From an uncultured Lentisphaeria bacterium (lineage in GTDB: Bacteria > Verrucomicrobiota > Lentisphaeria > Victivallales > UBA1829): a stretch of 61,230 bases of DNA. The notes below the pieces were generated by a model, which was given only the letters and a program-made list of their open reading frames with translations, did no database searches and was not told the DNA's origin. The translations under genes and the position numbers were made by a program. Shown here in pieces: positions 18,831-28,600 of this stretch. The stretch lies in NCBI GenBank assembly GCA_937900075.1, contig CALCCZ010000079.1, positions 1-61,230 of the forward strand. The letters run 5' to 3'. How positions within the stretch are numbered: position 1 is the stretch's first letter; each line of letters begins with the position of its first letter.

Positions 18831-20600
18831 ATGAAACGATTCATTCTTTTCGCATCCATGATGCTGCTTTTCTGTGGAACGCTGCTTCACGCAGAAACAC
18901 CTGCACCGGGGGCTCACGACCCTGAGGCGGTTGTATCCGCCCAGACATCCGCCCCAATTGAACAAACTGTCTCCAATCAAACCATAACTCCGGCTGAAAA
19001 CGCTGAAGTGGGGACATCCCTTCCGGCAGAAGAGACAAACACATCTGAGCCACCTGTAGCGAAAAACCGTTTTACCAAAACATTCTGGGGATTGGTACCT
19101 CCGGTTCTTGCAATTTTTCTTGCTTTGATTACCAAGGAGGTTTATTCTTCCCTTTTCATCGGAATTCTGCTCGGCGGCTGCCTTGCCGGCGACTTCAACT
19201 TTCTCAAAACATTTGATGCCGTTGTTGATAAGGGAATGATTGAAGCGGTCAAAGGAAGTGCAGGAATCTTTATCTTCCTGGTACTACTCGGTTGTTTCGC
19301 ATCTCTCATTAATCTGACCGGGGCAACTGCCGCTTTCGGACGTTGGGCAAAGGACCATATCAAGACCAGAGTCGGGACCATGCTGGCAACGTTCCTGCTT
19401 GGCGTACTGATATTCATCGATGATTATTTCAACTGTCTGACAGTCGGCAATATCATGCAGCCACTGACGGATGCCAAGCGGATTTCCCGTGCAAAACTGG
19501 CTTATCTGATAGATGCAACGGCAGCGCCAATCTGCATGATTGCACCGATTTCCTCCTGGGCTGCAGCGGTTTCACAGTATGCTTCCGGAACTGAATACAG
19601 CGGTCTGGAGTTGTTTATCCGTTCTATCCCCTATAACTTTTACTCGCTGCTGACTCTCTTTTTCATCGTTGCCATCACTCTGCTGAAAGTGGATTTCGGG
19701 CCGATGGCAATACACGAATATAACGCTATAGCGAAAAATGATCTTTATACCACCGGTTCCGAGGTGGAGAACGGTCTGCAAACGACTTGCAATCCGAAAG
19801 GAATGATTCGCGACATGATCGTACCTGTCATCCTTCTGATTGTAGTCAGTATCTATGCGCTCCTCTATTCCGGTGGAATCCATGACGGGAAAAATATCGT
19901 CCAGGCGTTCAGCGATACCGATGCCTCTGTTGCACTTCCGTGGGGCGGTCTCATCGCTCTCATCGGGAGCATTATCTATCTCGTCTGCCGCAAAGTCATC
20001 ACTTTCAAAGAAGCCATGGCAAACATTCCGGTTGGTTTCAACATCATGGTTCCGGCGATATTGATTCTGGTTCTCGCCACCTCGCTCAAAAACATGACTG
20101 CCTTGCTGGAAGCGGATAAATTCATTGCGCAAGTCATGGGTAACTCCGCAGAATCACTGAATGTATTTCTGCCCGCTGTGATTTTCCTCGTTGCAGCCCT
20201 GCTTGCCTTCTCCACCGGAACCGCCTGGGGAACTTTCGGTATTCTGATTCCTATTGTTGTCAATATCTTCCCTTCTACCAGCCAACTGCTTTTTATCGGC
20301 ATTTCCGCCTGTCTGGCAGGTGCAGTCTGTGGCGATCATTGCTCACCGATTTCCGACACGACAATCATGTCCTCAGCCGGAGCGCGTTGTAAACACATGA
20401 ATCACGTTTCCACACAGCTGCCTTACGCATTTACGGTGGCAATGATTTCTTTCGTAGGTTTTATTCTTGCGGGACTGATTCAGAACTGGTACGTTGTCTT
20501 CCCGATTACACTTGTTTTGATGCTCGCGCTCCTGATTTTCTATAAGATTTTCGGCGCGAAAAAAATGCAAGAACCCATAACCGAAGAAAAAGCGGAATAA
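18831..20600 (+). CDS. nhaC: Na+/H+ antiporter NhaC family with signal peptide and low-complexity N-terminal extension
   Basis: Polytopic NhaC-like core. The start is taken at the second ATG (MKRFILF..., a signal-peptide-like N-terminus). A roughly 70-aa Thr/Pro/Glu-rich segment precedes the first TM helix. Confidence 0.7.
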   Translation: MKRFILFASMMLLFCGTLLHAETPAPGAHDPEAVVSAQTSAPIEQTVSNQTITPAENAEVGTSLPAEETNTSEPPVAKNRFTKTFWGLVPPVLAIFLALITKEVYSSLFIGILLGGCLAGDFNFLKTFDAVVDKGMIEAVKGSAGIFIFLVLLGCFASLINLTGATAAFGRWAKDHIKTRVGTMLATFLLGVLIFIDDYFNCLTVGNIMQPLTDAKRISRAKLAYLIDATAAPICMIAPISSWAAAVSQYASGTEYSGLELFIRSIPYNFYSLLTLFFIVAITLLKVDFGPMAIHEYNAIAKNDLYTTGSEVENGLQTTCNPKGMIRDMIVPVILLIVVSIYALLYSGGIHDGKNIVQAFSDTDASVALPWGGLIALIGSIIYLVCRKVITFKEAMANIPVGFNIMVPAILILVLATSLKNMTALLEADKFIAQVMGNSAESLNVFLPAVIFLVAALLAFSTGTAWGTFGILIPIVVNIFPSTSQLLFIGISACLAGAVCGDHCSPISDTTIMSSAGARCKHMNHVSTQLPYAFTVAMISFVGFILAGLIQNWYVVFPITLVLMLALLIFYKIFGAKKMQEPITEEKAE

Positions 20601-20845
20601 ATTTTTTGCACATTTTCAAAAAACATGGATTTTTTCATTGTTGTAACATAAAAAGTGACAATTTGATACAAATTTTTACAAAAAAAATGCAAAAAAGGTT
20701 TTTTTTTGAAAAAAAACGCATTTTTTTTTGTAAATTACTATTGTACAACTTGTTTTTTATTTGCATTTTCAAAAATCACATGTTATCTTATCAATAGTTC
20801 CGGAAGTTCACCCACAACCTAACCTCTCAACACAGGAGAACAAGT

Positions 20846-21025
20846 ATGAAGTACAAGTTTTACGATGTGAAGCTGCACGCCGCCGTTCAGGCACAGGTTA
20901 CCGAAGCCGTTTCCTACGGTGAAGGAAAACAGAAACGTTTTGCTTTCAAGGGAAAAACAAAAGATGGGCGCAACTTGACTGTGTTTGTCAAGGAAAGCGA
21001 ATGGGCTAAATTCAAAGGCAAATAA
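20846..21025 (+). CDS. Small hypothetical protein, 59 aa, lysine-rich
   Basis: ATG with AGGAGA 8 nt upstream, translating to MKYKFYDVKLHAAVQAQVTEAVSYGEGKQKRFAFKGKTKDGRNLTVFVKESEWAKFKGK. An intrinsic terminator follows directly. Overlapping minus-strand ORFs in the track lack these signals. Confidence 0.5.
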   Translation: MKYKFYDVKLHAAVQAQVTEAVSYGEGKQKRFAFKGKTKDGRNLTVFVKESEWAKFKGK

Positions 21026-21053
21026 GCTCTGCTTGTCGTCCAGCAAGTTTTCA

Positions 21054-21090
21054 AATCCCCGTCGGATTCGTCTGCCGGGGATTTTTTATT
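21054..21090 (+). terminator. Intrinsic terminator after the 59-aa gene
   Basis: AATCCCCG ... CGGGGATT is an 8-bp stem, followed by TTTTTTATT. Confidence 0.55.
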
Positions 21091-21196
21091 CTTCATGCAG
21101 AAAAAATCTTGCGAAATGAAAAAAGTAAGGTATATTACGGGAAATGGCGCATGAATTGCGCTTTACCATTCAATTTTTAACGAGGAGCACTGTATC

Positions 21197-22189
21197 ATGA
21201 GACCGATTACTATTTTCTCCGGTCAATGGACCGATTTACCGCTGGATGTTTTTGCCGCGAAAGCCAAAAGCTGGGGATATGACGGCATTGAAGTAGCCTG
21301 CGGAGCGCATTTATCGCCTGAAAAAGCGGCAAAAGACAAAAAATACTGCCGGAAAATATTAAATTTGTTTGAAAAGAACGGACTTAGTCTGTATGCCATC
21401 AGCAATCACCTGGCGGGACAGCTTGTTTGCGATCCGGACAATGATTCCCGTACGGATACTTTTGCTCCGAAACGTTGTGCGGGCAATGCGGAAGCCAAAC
21501 GCGCATGGGCAGTGGAGCAGATGAAAATCACGGCGGCGGCAGCGGAGAATCTGGGTGTGAAAGTTGTTACTGGTTTTACTGGCTCCCCGATCTGGCACAT
21601 GCTGTACAGTTTTCCCCCAGTTTCCGAGCAGATGATTGAAGATGGTTTTGCTTTTGTGGCGGAAATGTGGAATCCGATTTTGGATGTATTCCGGGATCAC
21701 GGAATACGTTTTGCCCTGGAAGTGCACCCGACGGAAATCGCTTTTGATATCATAACCGCAAAACGCACTCTTGAAGTTCTTGACAATCGCCCCGAATTCG
21801 GATTCAATTTTGACCCGAGTCATCTGTACTGGCAGATGATGAATCCAGCCTGCTTCATCCGTGAATTCCCGGAACGGATCTATCACGTCCACATCAAGGA
21901 TGCGGCAAGGACACTGGACGGAAGAACGGGAATCCTGGCTTCGCATTTGGATTTCGGAAAAGCGGGTCGTGGTTGGGATTTCCGCAGTCCGGGACATGGT
22001 GGGGTCAATTTTGAAGAAATCATCCGGGAACTGAACCGTACAGGCTATACCGGACCGCTCTCGGTGGAATGGGAAGATTCGGGTATGGACAGGGAATACG
22101 GAGCTGCAGATGCCTCGGCATTTGCGCATAAGTTGAACTTCCCGACATCGCAAATTAAATTTGACGCGCAAATGAAAAACAACGATTGA
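21197..22189 (+). CDS. Sugar phosphate isomerase/epimerase (xylose-isomerase-like TIM barrel)
   Basis: AP-endonuclease-2 / xylose isomerase-like TIM pattern (GYDGIEV...EVHP...FDPSHL...HVHIKD...WEDSGMD). GAGGAG RBS. Confidence 0.7.
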   Translation: MRPITIFSGQWTDLPLDVFAAKAKSWGYDGIEVACGAHLSPEKAAKDKKYCRKILNLFEKNGLSLYAISNHLAGQLVCDPDNDSRTDTFAPKRCAGNAEAKRAWAVEQMKITAAAAENLGVKVVTGFTGSPIWHMLYSFPPVSEQMIEDGFAFVAEMWNPILDVFRDHGIRFALEVHPTEIAFDIITAKRTLEVLDNRPEFGFNFDPSHLYWQMMNPACFIREFPERIYHVHIKDAARTLDGRTGILASHLDFGKAGRGWDFRSPGHGGVNFEEIIRELNRTGYTGPLSVEWEDSGMDREYGAADASAFAHKLNFPTSQIKFDAQMKNND

Positions 22190-22199
22190 CGGGCCTGCC

Positions 22200-22928
22200 A
22201 TGTTACTCTATCTCATTCGACATGGTGAACCGGACTATCAGACCGATACTTTGACGGAAACCGGATGGCTGCAGGCCCGGAAACTTGCAAAGCGTCTTGC
22301 CGTTTCCGGACTTGATGAAATTCATGCCTCCCCGATGGGCAGAGCACAACAGACAGCCCAGCCCACGGCAGAATTGCTGAATTTGCCCATTATTACCGAA
22401 CCATGGGCAAAGGAACTCGGCGAGGAAACCTATACGACATATCCCGATGGTGTACCCAAAGCCATCAGCCGTCTGATGCCGGAATACTACCACCAGAAAA
22501 AATTCGTGGATATGAACACGGAAACAGCATTCGCCAAAATACCGGGTCTGTGTGATTCCGGTTTCCATGCCCGGTACAAAAGCATTGCAGACGGACTCGA
22601 TGCCATGCTTGCCAAAACGGGATATGTACGGAACGATAATGGTTTCTACGATGTCGTGAAACCGGACGACCGGCACATTGCCCTGTTCTGCCATGCTGCA
22701 ATGATGAGGGTTCTGCTTTCTCATCTGATGCACATCCCGGTTCAACTGCTGAGTTCGTCAGCCATGCTGCATTTTACCGGTATCACGATTCTTTATTTCG
22801 ACCCGTCCAAATTCAGAAAAGACCAGACGACGGAACTTTGTCCCGGCCTCATCAGCTATGGAGATGTGGGGCATCTGTTTGCAGAAGGCGAAGAAAACAT
22901 TCATTTCTGGACGGGTAAGACATTTTGA
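22200..22928 (+). CDS. Histidine phosphatase family protein (phosphoglycerate-mutase-like)
   Basis: N-terminal LYLIRHGEP (RHG catalytic motif) with later conserved His residues. Overlaps the upstream stop, so it is probably co-transcribed. Confidence 0.65.
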   Translation: MLLYLIRHGEPDYQTDTLTETGWLQARKLAKRLAVSGLDEIHASPMGRAQQTAQPTAELLNLPIITEPWAKELGEETYTTYPDGVPKAISRLMPEYYHQKKFVDMNTETAFAKIPGLCDSGFHARYKSIADGLDAMLAKTGYVRNDNGFYDVVKPDDRHIALFCHAAMMRVLLSHLMHIPVQLLSSSAMLHFTGITILYFDPSKFRKDQTTELCPGLISYGDVGHLFAEGEENIHFWTGKTF

Positions 22929-22962
22929 TTTGCGGATTGCAAAAAAGCCGCAGTACCTGCAA

Positions 22963-23952
22963 TCAGGCTCTCGGATGGGCCTGATTGTAGATTTTTATCA
23001 TTCTTTCCGTGGTTATGTGGGTATAAATCTGAGTTGTACTGAGATTTTCATGGCCCAGCAATTCCTGAACACTGCGTAAGTCGGCACCTGCATCAAGCAG
23101 ATGCGTGGCGAAAGAATGCCGCAGTTTATGCGGAGTCATATCCGCCGGAAGATTTGCCTGTATCAGATAGTCCTTGAAGTTTCTCTGAAAACTTCTTGCC
23201 GTAAGACGGGTACCGAACTTATTGACGAAAACAGGGGACCTGCCGGTCTCATCTTCGGCAACATAGTTTTTCCGGACCTGCAGATATGCTTTCAAAGCCC
23301 GGACCGCAGGGCCGCCCAACGCTGCATAACGTTCCTTTTTCCCTTTTCCGCGTATTTTCATACATTGGGATGCGAGGTCAATATCTTCCAGATTCAATCC
23401 GATTGCCTCGTTAATCCGCAATCCGCCGGAATAAATCACCTCCAGCAAGGCGGAATCCCGGGTACAGCCCAATTCGGCACTTTCATCCGTTTTTGCGACA
23501 CCGGACTCCAAACGGTTTCTCCAGAATTCAGCGGGTGCATCGAGGAGGCGTCCGACCTCGCTGACCGTCATAAAAAGGGGCAGAGTTTTTTCTTTTTTTG
23601 GAGATTTCAAACCGGCGAAGGGATTATTTTCGGAAAGATTCTCTCGTTCCAGAAAACGGTAGAAAGTCCGCAGTGCGGAAAGTTTTCTCGCGGTTGAGGT
23701 TTTCGATTCCTCCATTTCGTAGAGTTTCACAACAAACGCTCTGGCATCATAGACGTTTGCCGTATCCCATGGAACGTCCCCCGTTTTCTCACTGGAAAAA
23801 GTTTCTGCGAACTGAAGAATATCAATACGGTAGGAAGCGATGGTATGTTCCGAAGCATTTTTTTCATTTCTCAAATAATGCAGGAATGAATTTAGCGTCT
23901 TATCGTAACTGTCTTCTGCGACAGAAGCGGGCGGTGCGGTACGAGCTGTCAT
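22963..23952 (-). CDS. Tyrosine site-specific recombinase, XerC/XerD family
   Basis: C-terminal catalytic box HKLRHSFATHLLDAGADLRSVQELLGHENLSTTQIYTH with the RHRY-family residues. The N-terminal core-binding domain is Xer-like. Confidence 0.75.
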   Translation of the reverse strand: MTARTAPPASVAEDSYDKTLNSFLHYLRNEKNASEHTIASYRIDILQFAETFSSEKTGDVPWDTANVYDARAFVVKLYEMEESKTSTARKLSALRTFYRFLERENLSENNPFAGLKSPKKEKTLPLFMTVSEVGRLLDAPAEFWRNRLESGVAKTDESAELGCTRDSALLEVIYSGGLRINEAIGLNLEDIDLASQCMKIRGKGKKERYAALGGPAVRALKAYLQVRKNYVAEDETGRSPVFVNKFGTRLTARSFQRNFKDYLIQANLPADMTPHKLRHSFATHLLDAGADLRSVQELLGHENLSTTQIYTHITTERMIKIYNQAHPRA

Positions 23953-24146
23953 TTTTATTGGCCTTACATTGCAGTGATATTAGGTTTTTATGGAATTTTT
24001 TGCAAATCTGTTTTCATGGCAAACCGAAAAAAAAATGCAAAAAAAACGTTATGCATAATATAACACGCCTTGATATTAAGATTCAAGCGTCTATATTAAA
24101 GTTGACAGAATAAATTTTATTTTCACTATGATGGAAAGGAAAAAAA

Positions 24147-24983
24147 ATGATTCATCCGACAGCAATCGTTTCGCCGAAGGCAGAACTGGGAAAAAATGTG
24201 GAAGTCGGGCCTTACGCCGTAATTGAAGATGATGTTAAAATCGGGGATGATACTTACATTGACGCGCATGTGAAAATTTGCCAGTACACGACCATCGGTC
24301 CCCGCTGCAGAATTTATTTTGGTGCCTTAGTCGGAGCAGAACCGCAAGACCACCGCTTCTACAAGGGAATCCGGTCTTTCTGCGAAATCGGAGCAGACAC
24401 CGTCATCCGGGAATATGTGACAATCCATCGTCCTCCGTTTGAATTTCTGAAGACGAAAGTCGGAAATGGTACACTGCTGATGGCATTTGTACATGTGGCG
24501 CATGATGTCATTATCGGCGACCATGTTACGATTGCCAATCATACGGCAATTACGGGACATGTTCAGATCGGGGATGGCGCCGTACTGAGCGGCTATGCCA
24601 AGATTCACCAGTTCTGCCGTATCGGACAGTTGGCAATGATTGGTGTCGGGTGTCTGATTTCACAGGACATTCCGCCATTCTGCATGTTGCGCGAATTCAA
24701 TGCTATCACCGGACCGAATACCATAGGACTCCGCCGTGCGGGATTCAAGAATGAACAACGTTTTGCCTTGCGGAAAGCAATCAAAACGTTTTTCTTTGAG
24801 AAGCTGAACTCGAAAAATGCCATTGAGCAGATTGAACACAGTGATTTTTATACGCCGGAAGTACGGATGTTCTGCGATTTCATCAAGGAAACGAAACGCG
24901 GAATCATGCCCGGAAATCCCAAATATGTGGGATTGACCGATGAACAGCGGGATGCGATTGAACAGTCTTCCGTTCCCTGCTGA
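24147..24983 (+). CDS. lpxA: Acyl-[ACP]--UDP-N-acetylglucosamine O-acyltransferase
   Basis: Left-handed beta-helix hexapeptide repeats throughout (IHPTAIVSPKAELGKNVEVGPYAVIEDDVKIGDDTYIDAHV...) and the LpxA-type C-terminal helical domain. GGAAAGG RBS. Confidence 0.85.
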   Translation: MIHPTAIVSPKAELGKNVEVGPYAVIEDDVKIGDDTYIDAHVKICQYTTIGPRCRIYFGALVGAEPQDHRFYKGIRSFCEIGADTVIREYVTIHRPPFEFLKTKVGNGTLLMAFVHVAHDVIIGDHVTIANHTAITGHVQIGDGAVLSGYAKIHQFCRIGQLAMIGVGCLISQDIPPFCMLREFNAITGPNTIGLRRAGFKNEQRFALRKAIKTFFFEKLNSKNAIEQIEHSDFYTPEVRMFCDFIKETKRGIMPGNPKYVGLTDEQRDAIEQSSVPC

Positions 24984-24997
24984 AAAAGAGGACCTGT

Positions 24998-25654
24998 ATG
25001 AAAATTTCATCTCTCATGCGAATCGCCGGTACAGCTCTTGCCCTTTGTATGTTGTTTGTCGCCTGTTCCGGTTCGTCCGGTGACAGCAAAGCGGAGAAGG
25101 CAGCTGCGCAGACGGAACACAAGAACGGGATTATCGGTGGAGTTGATTCACCGTATTTTGCGAAGGTAAAACACCCCCTGACGATTCAGCGGGCAGAGAC
25201 ACGCAGAACATACTATGTGAACGGCAAAGAAAAAGACGGAACTCCCCCGAAATTTGTTTTTCGTGTCTGCAATCACAACATAGAGACGGTCTCAGTTCAG
25301 GAATGGCGGACCAATGAAGCAGAAAATCTCCGGGTCATGACGGCACCTTGTGAAAAAGGAAAATCTTCATCGGTACGTGCGGAAGACTGGAAACAGATCT
25401 GGCCGTCATTGTCTGAAAACGGAAAAAAAGATTCTCTGGTACATCGTACACCATCCGTTCTGGCACCGGAAAATTTCGTCACTCTGGAAATCCCTCTTTT
25501 GTTTTTGAACGGCTACAAGCTGAACAAAACAGAAGAAACGCTGGCGGTAAAAGTGGAATTAAACTTGCAATCCGTTGAAGCCGAACCCCTGATATTTGAA
25601 ATCGCGGTCCGGCAGAAAAAACAGCGGATAAAAGAATACATTATTGCTGACTGA
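24998..25654 (+). CDS. Hypothetical lipoprotein
   Basis: Signal peptide with lipobox LFVACSGSS. AAGAGGA RBS. Overlaps the start of the downstream large gene. Confidence 0.5.
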   Translation: MKISSLMRIAGTALALCMLFVACSGSSGDSKAEKAAAQTEHKNGIIGGVDSPYFAKVKHPLTIQRAETRRTYYVNGKEKDGTPPKFVFRVCNHNIETVSVQEWRTNEAENLRVMTAPCEKGKSSSVRAEDWKQIWPSLSENGKKDSLVHRTPSVLAPENFVTLEIPLLFLNGYKLNKTEETLAVKVELNLQSVEAEPLIFEIAVRQKKQRIKEYIIAD

Positions 25655-25682
25655 ATCTTTTTCTCATCCCGGGAGTTTTTCC

Positions 25683-28600
25683 ATGATAAAATTCAAACAG
25701 TTTCCCGAACCCGGCCGGCATTTATTGAGATACAGCGGTGACACGCTGGAAATCCGGATATACGGTGAGTTGGGATTGACTGATGGGCAGGCGTTCATCA
25801 GTACCAATATCGGCAATGCGACAATTCGCAGGAATGAAATCATCGAAGAGACGGAAGAGCGCATTACTGCCGCCGGCGGTGATTGGATCGACATTCCGAT
25901 GGAACGGGTAGATGATTATACCTTTGCCATTCGTTTTGCGCTCACAGAGCCCGGTCATTTCGAGTGCAAATGCAGTTTTGTTCCGCAGGATGGAACGGAA
26001 CCGGTCTGGGCAGAAGGCGACAATCTGCATATCAATGTCAAACCGGCTGCTTATTGCGCGCGGAACAGTGTTTATTGTGCGTTTGTGCGTCAGTTCGGAC
26101 AGAATAAAAACAGAAAAAAATCGGAGCTCCCGGAAGGAATCACCCGTGAAGAACTGATAAAATTTGATGATAACGGCTATGCGCTGATACCGGAATCGGG
26201 TACTTTCCGCGATTTGATAGGCGAACTGGACCACATCGTGAATACCCTGCAGTGCCGGATCATTCATCTTTTACCGGTCAATCCCGTCCCGACGGTATAT
26301 GGCCGCATGGGACGTTACGGCAGTCCGTATGCCTCGCTGGATTTTACGGGAATAGACCCCGCTTTAGCGGAATTTGACAAAAAAGCAACCCCGCTGGACC
26401 AGTTTATCGAACTCGCGGATGCCGTTCATCAGAGAGATGCCAAACTTTTTCTGGATATCGCCATCAATCATACCGGTTGGGCCGCAAAACTGCATGAACA
26501 GCATCCGGACTGGCTTGTTCACGAACCGGATGGAACCATTCATTCGCCCGGCGCGTGGGGAGTTGTCTGGGGCGATTTAACGGAACTGGACCATTCCAAA
26601 CGGGATTTGTGGGAATATCTGGCAGATATGTTTCTTACCTGGTGTATCCGCGGAGTAGATGGATTCCGCTGTGATGCCGGCTATATGATCCCCTGCGAAG
26701 CCTGGACCTATATCATCGCCCGGGTACGGAAAGAATATCCCGAAACCATTTTCCTGCTGGAAGGGCTCGGCGGCGATGCCGCTGTAACGCGTCAGCTGTT
26801 AGACATGGCAAATATGGACTGGGCTTATTCCGAACTCTTTCAGAACTATTCCCGGGAACAAATCGAAGGTTATCTCCAGTATGCCTGGAGAGAAAGTTCC
26901 TCCAACGGCGTTATGATCCATTACGCGGAAACTCACGATAACAACCGTCTGGCATCGGTTTCCACAACATACGCCTCCATGAGAACTGCCTTAGCCGCGT
27001 TATCCTCCGTTTCCGGCGCTTTCGGTTTTGCAAATGGTGTAGAATGGTTCGCCGAAGAAAAAATTGACGTACATGAATCTTCAGCCCTGAACTGGGGGTC
27101 GGAAATCAATCAGATTCCCCTGATCCGGCGTCTGAATTTACTCTCTGGCACGCATCCTGCCTTCCAGGCGGGAGCTATGCTGTCCGTCATTCCCTCCAAC
27201 TGTAATCATGCTGTTGTATTCAGTCGCATTGATGCGAACAATATGCATCCGGTAACGGTTTCCGTGAACTTGGATATTCATCATTCAGCCAATATTGAAT
27301 GGAGTAATTCCTATACGCCGGAAATGGCAGCTCAGGAATACGCAGTGGATTTGATTTCCGGAAAACGTCAGACTCTGATTCATACACCGGACGGGAAAGT
27401 ACGGATTATTTTGCCGGCCGGTAAATTTGTCTGTCTGTCCGTAGATAAACGCTGGCTGGATCTGCTGAATAAATCGGAGAAAAACACAACTTTGGCAATA
27501 GATCACCTGACGCGTCAGGCTGCAAAAGCAATGGTATTGAGACTGATTGTCAATCACAATCGTACCGCCGTTGTTCCCCGCGATGATTTCGATCCGGAAG
27601 AATGGGCAGATATGCTCCTGCGTTCCCCGGAAGATTTTTTCCGTTCTTTTGCCGATGGATATTCCTGCCGCGGCGTGGTTGTCTGGCACTGGCCGGAAGA
27701 CTGCCGTCGTGAGGTAATGATACCCCCCGGACATGCAATTCTGGCTGTTGCCCCCTATCGGTTCCGCTGCCTGATCAAGGATGAAAAAGGCGTTGTAATT
27801 GCCCGTGCAATTGCCCTGAAAGACAATTCCGGCAGATATTTTGCCCTGATTCCGCCACCGGAATCGGTCAAGAAACATCGTTACCTTTCGTTCCTGATCC
27901 GGGTTTACAAACCAGATTGTCCTTCCGCATGTTTTTCCACATCCGGACTTTTCCAGCTGCCCCCGGACATAGAAGAAGCAGATGTGGATTTCAACCGGAA
28001 CGAAATCTATAACCGCAACCGCGTATTTCTGCAATCCAACGGGTGCGGAGCGATTATTCACCAGCAAATGGAAATGGAAAAACTCAGCAGCCGATATGAT
28101 GCGATTCTGCTGGCAAACTTAAATAAAAATTATCCGGAAGACCGATATATTTCCTGGCGGAGAATGCGGATTTGGATCGTTTGGCACGCCAGACGTCAGG
28201 AACTGAAACATGAACAGCTCCATTCTTTCCATGTTGCGGAAGATGGTGGCGGCGTTTGGGATTATCTCGTTCCGATTGGAAATGGTCTATTTGTCCGCCT
28301 CTGCATTAAAATGCGGATTATTCCGGGTAAGAACGCGGTAGCTGTCACGTTATTGCGGTATTCCGCGGAAGGTATGTCCAAAAGGCTGGCGGATAATGCC
28401 GCGATTCAGATTATCATACGTCCCGACATCGAGGACAGAAATTTCCATTGCTGCACAAAAGCGGCTGCCGGTCCCGAACAGAACTGGCCCGGAAAAATTG
28501 TAGAAAAGACCAGAGGTTTTGAATTCCACGCTGCACCGGACCGCATTTTATCCATACGTGCCTCCCATGGAACATTCAAACGGAAAGATGCCTGGATCTA

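Noticed and set aside
20819-21096. Two minus-strand ORFs (75 and 60 aa) overlapping the small plus-strand gene
   Set aside because: They have no RBS. The plus-strand 59-codon gene has an AGGAGA RBS, an ATG and an intrinsic terminator in the correct orientation.
22963-23952. Tyrosine recombinase as marker of an integrated mobile element
   Set aside because: Its sequence has the XerC/XerD housekeeping signature, with full N-terminal core-binding and catalytic domains. Its neighbours are ordinary metabolic genes. There are no direct repeats, phage genes or tRNA at its borders. The two tRNAs in the window are far away and not flanked by foreign-looking DNA.
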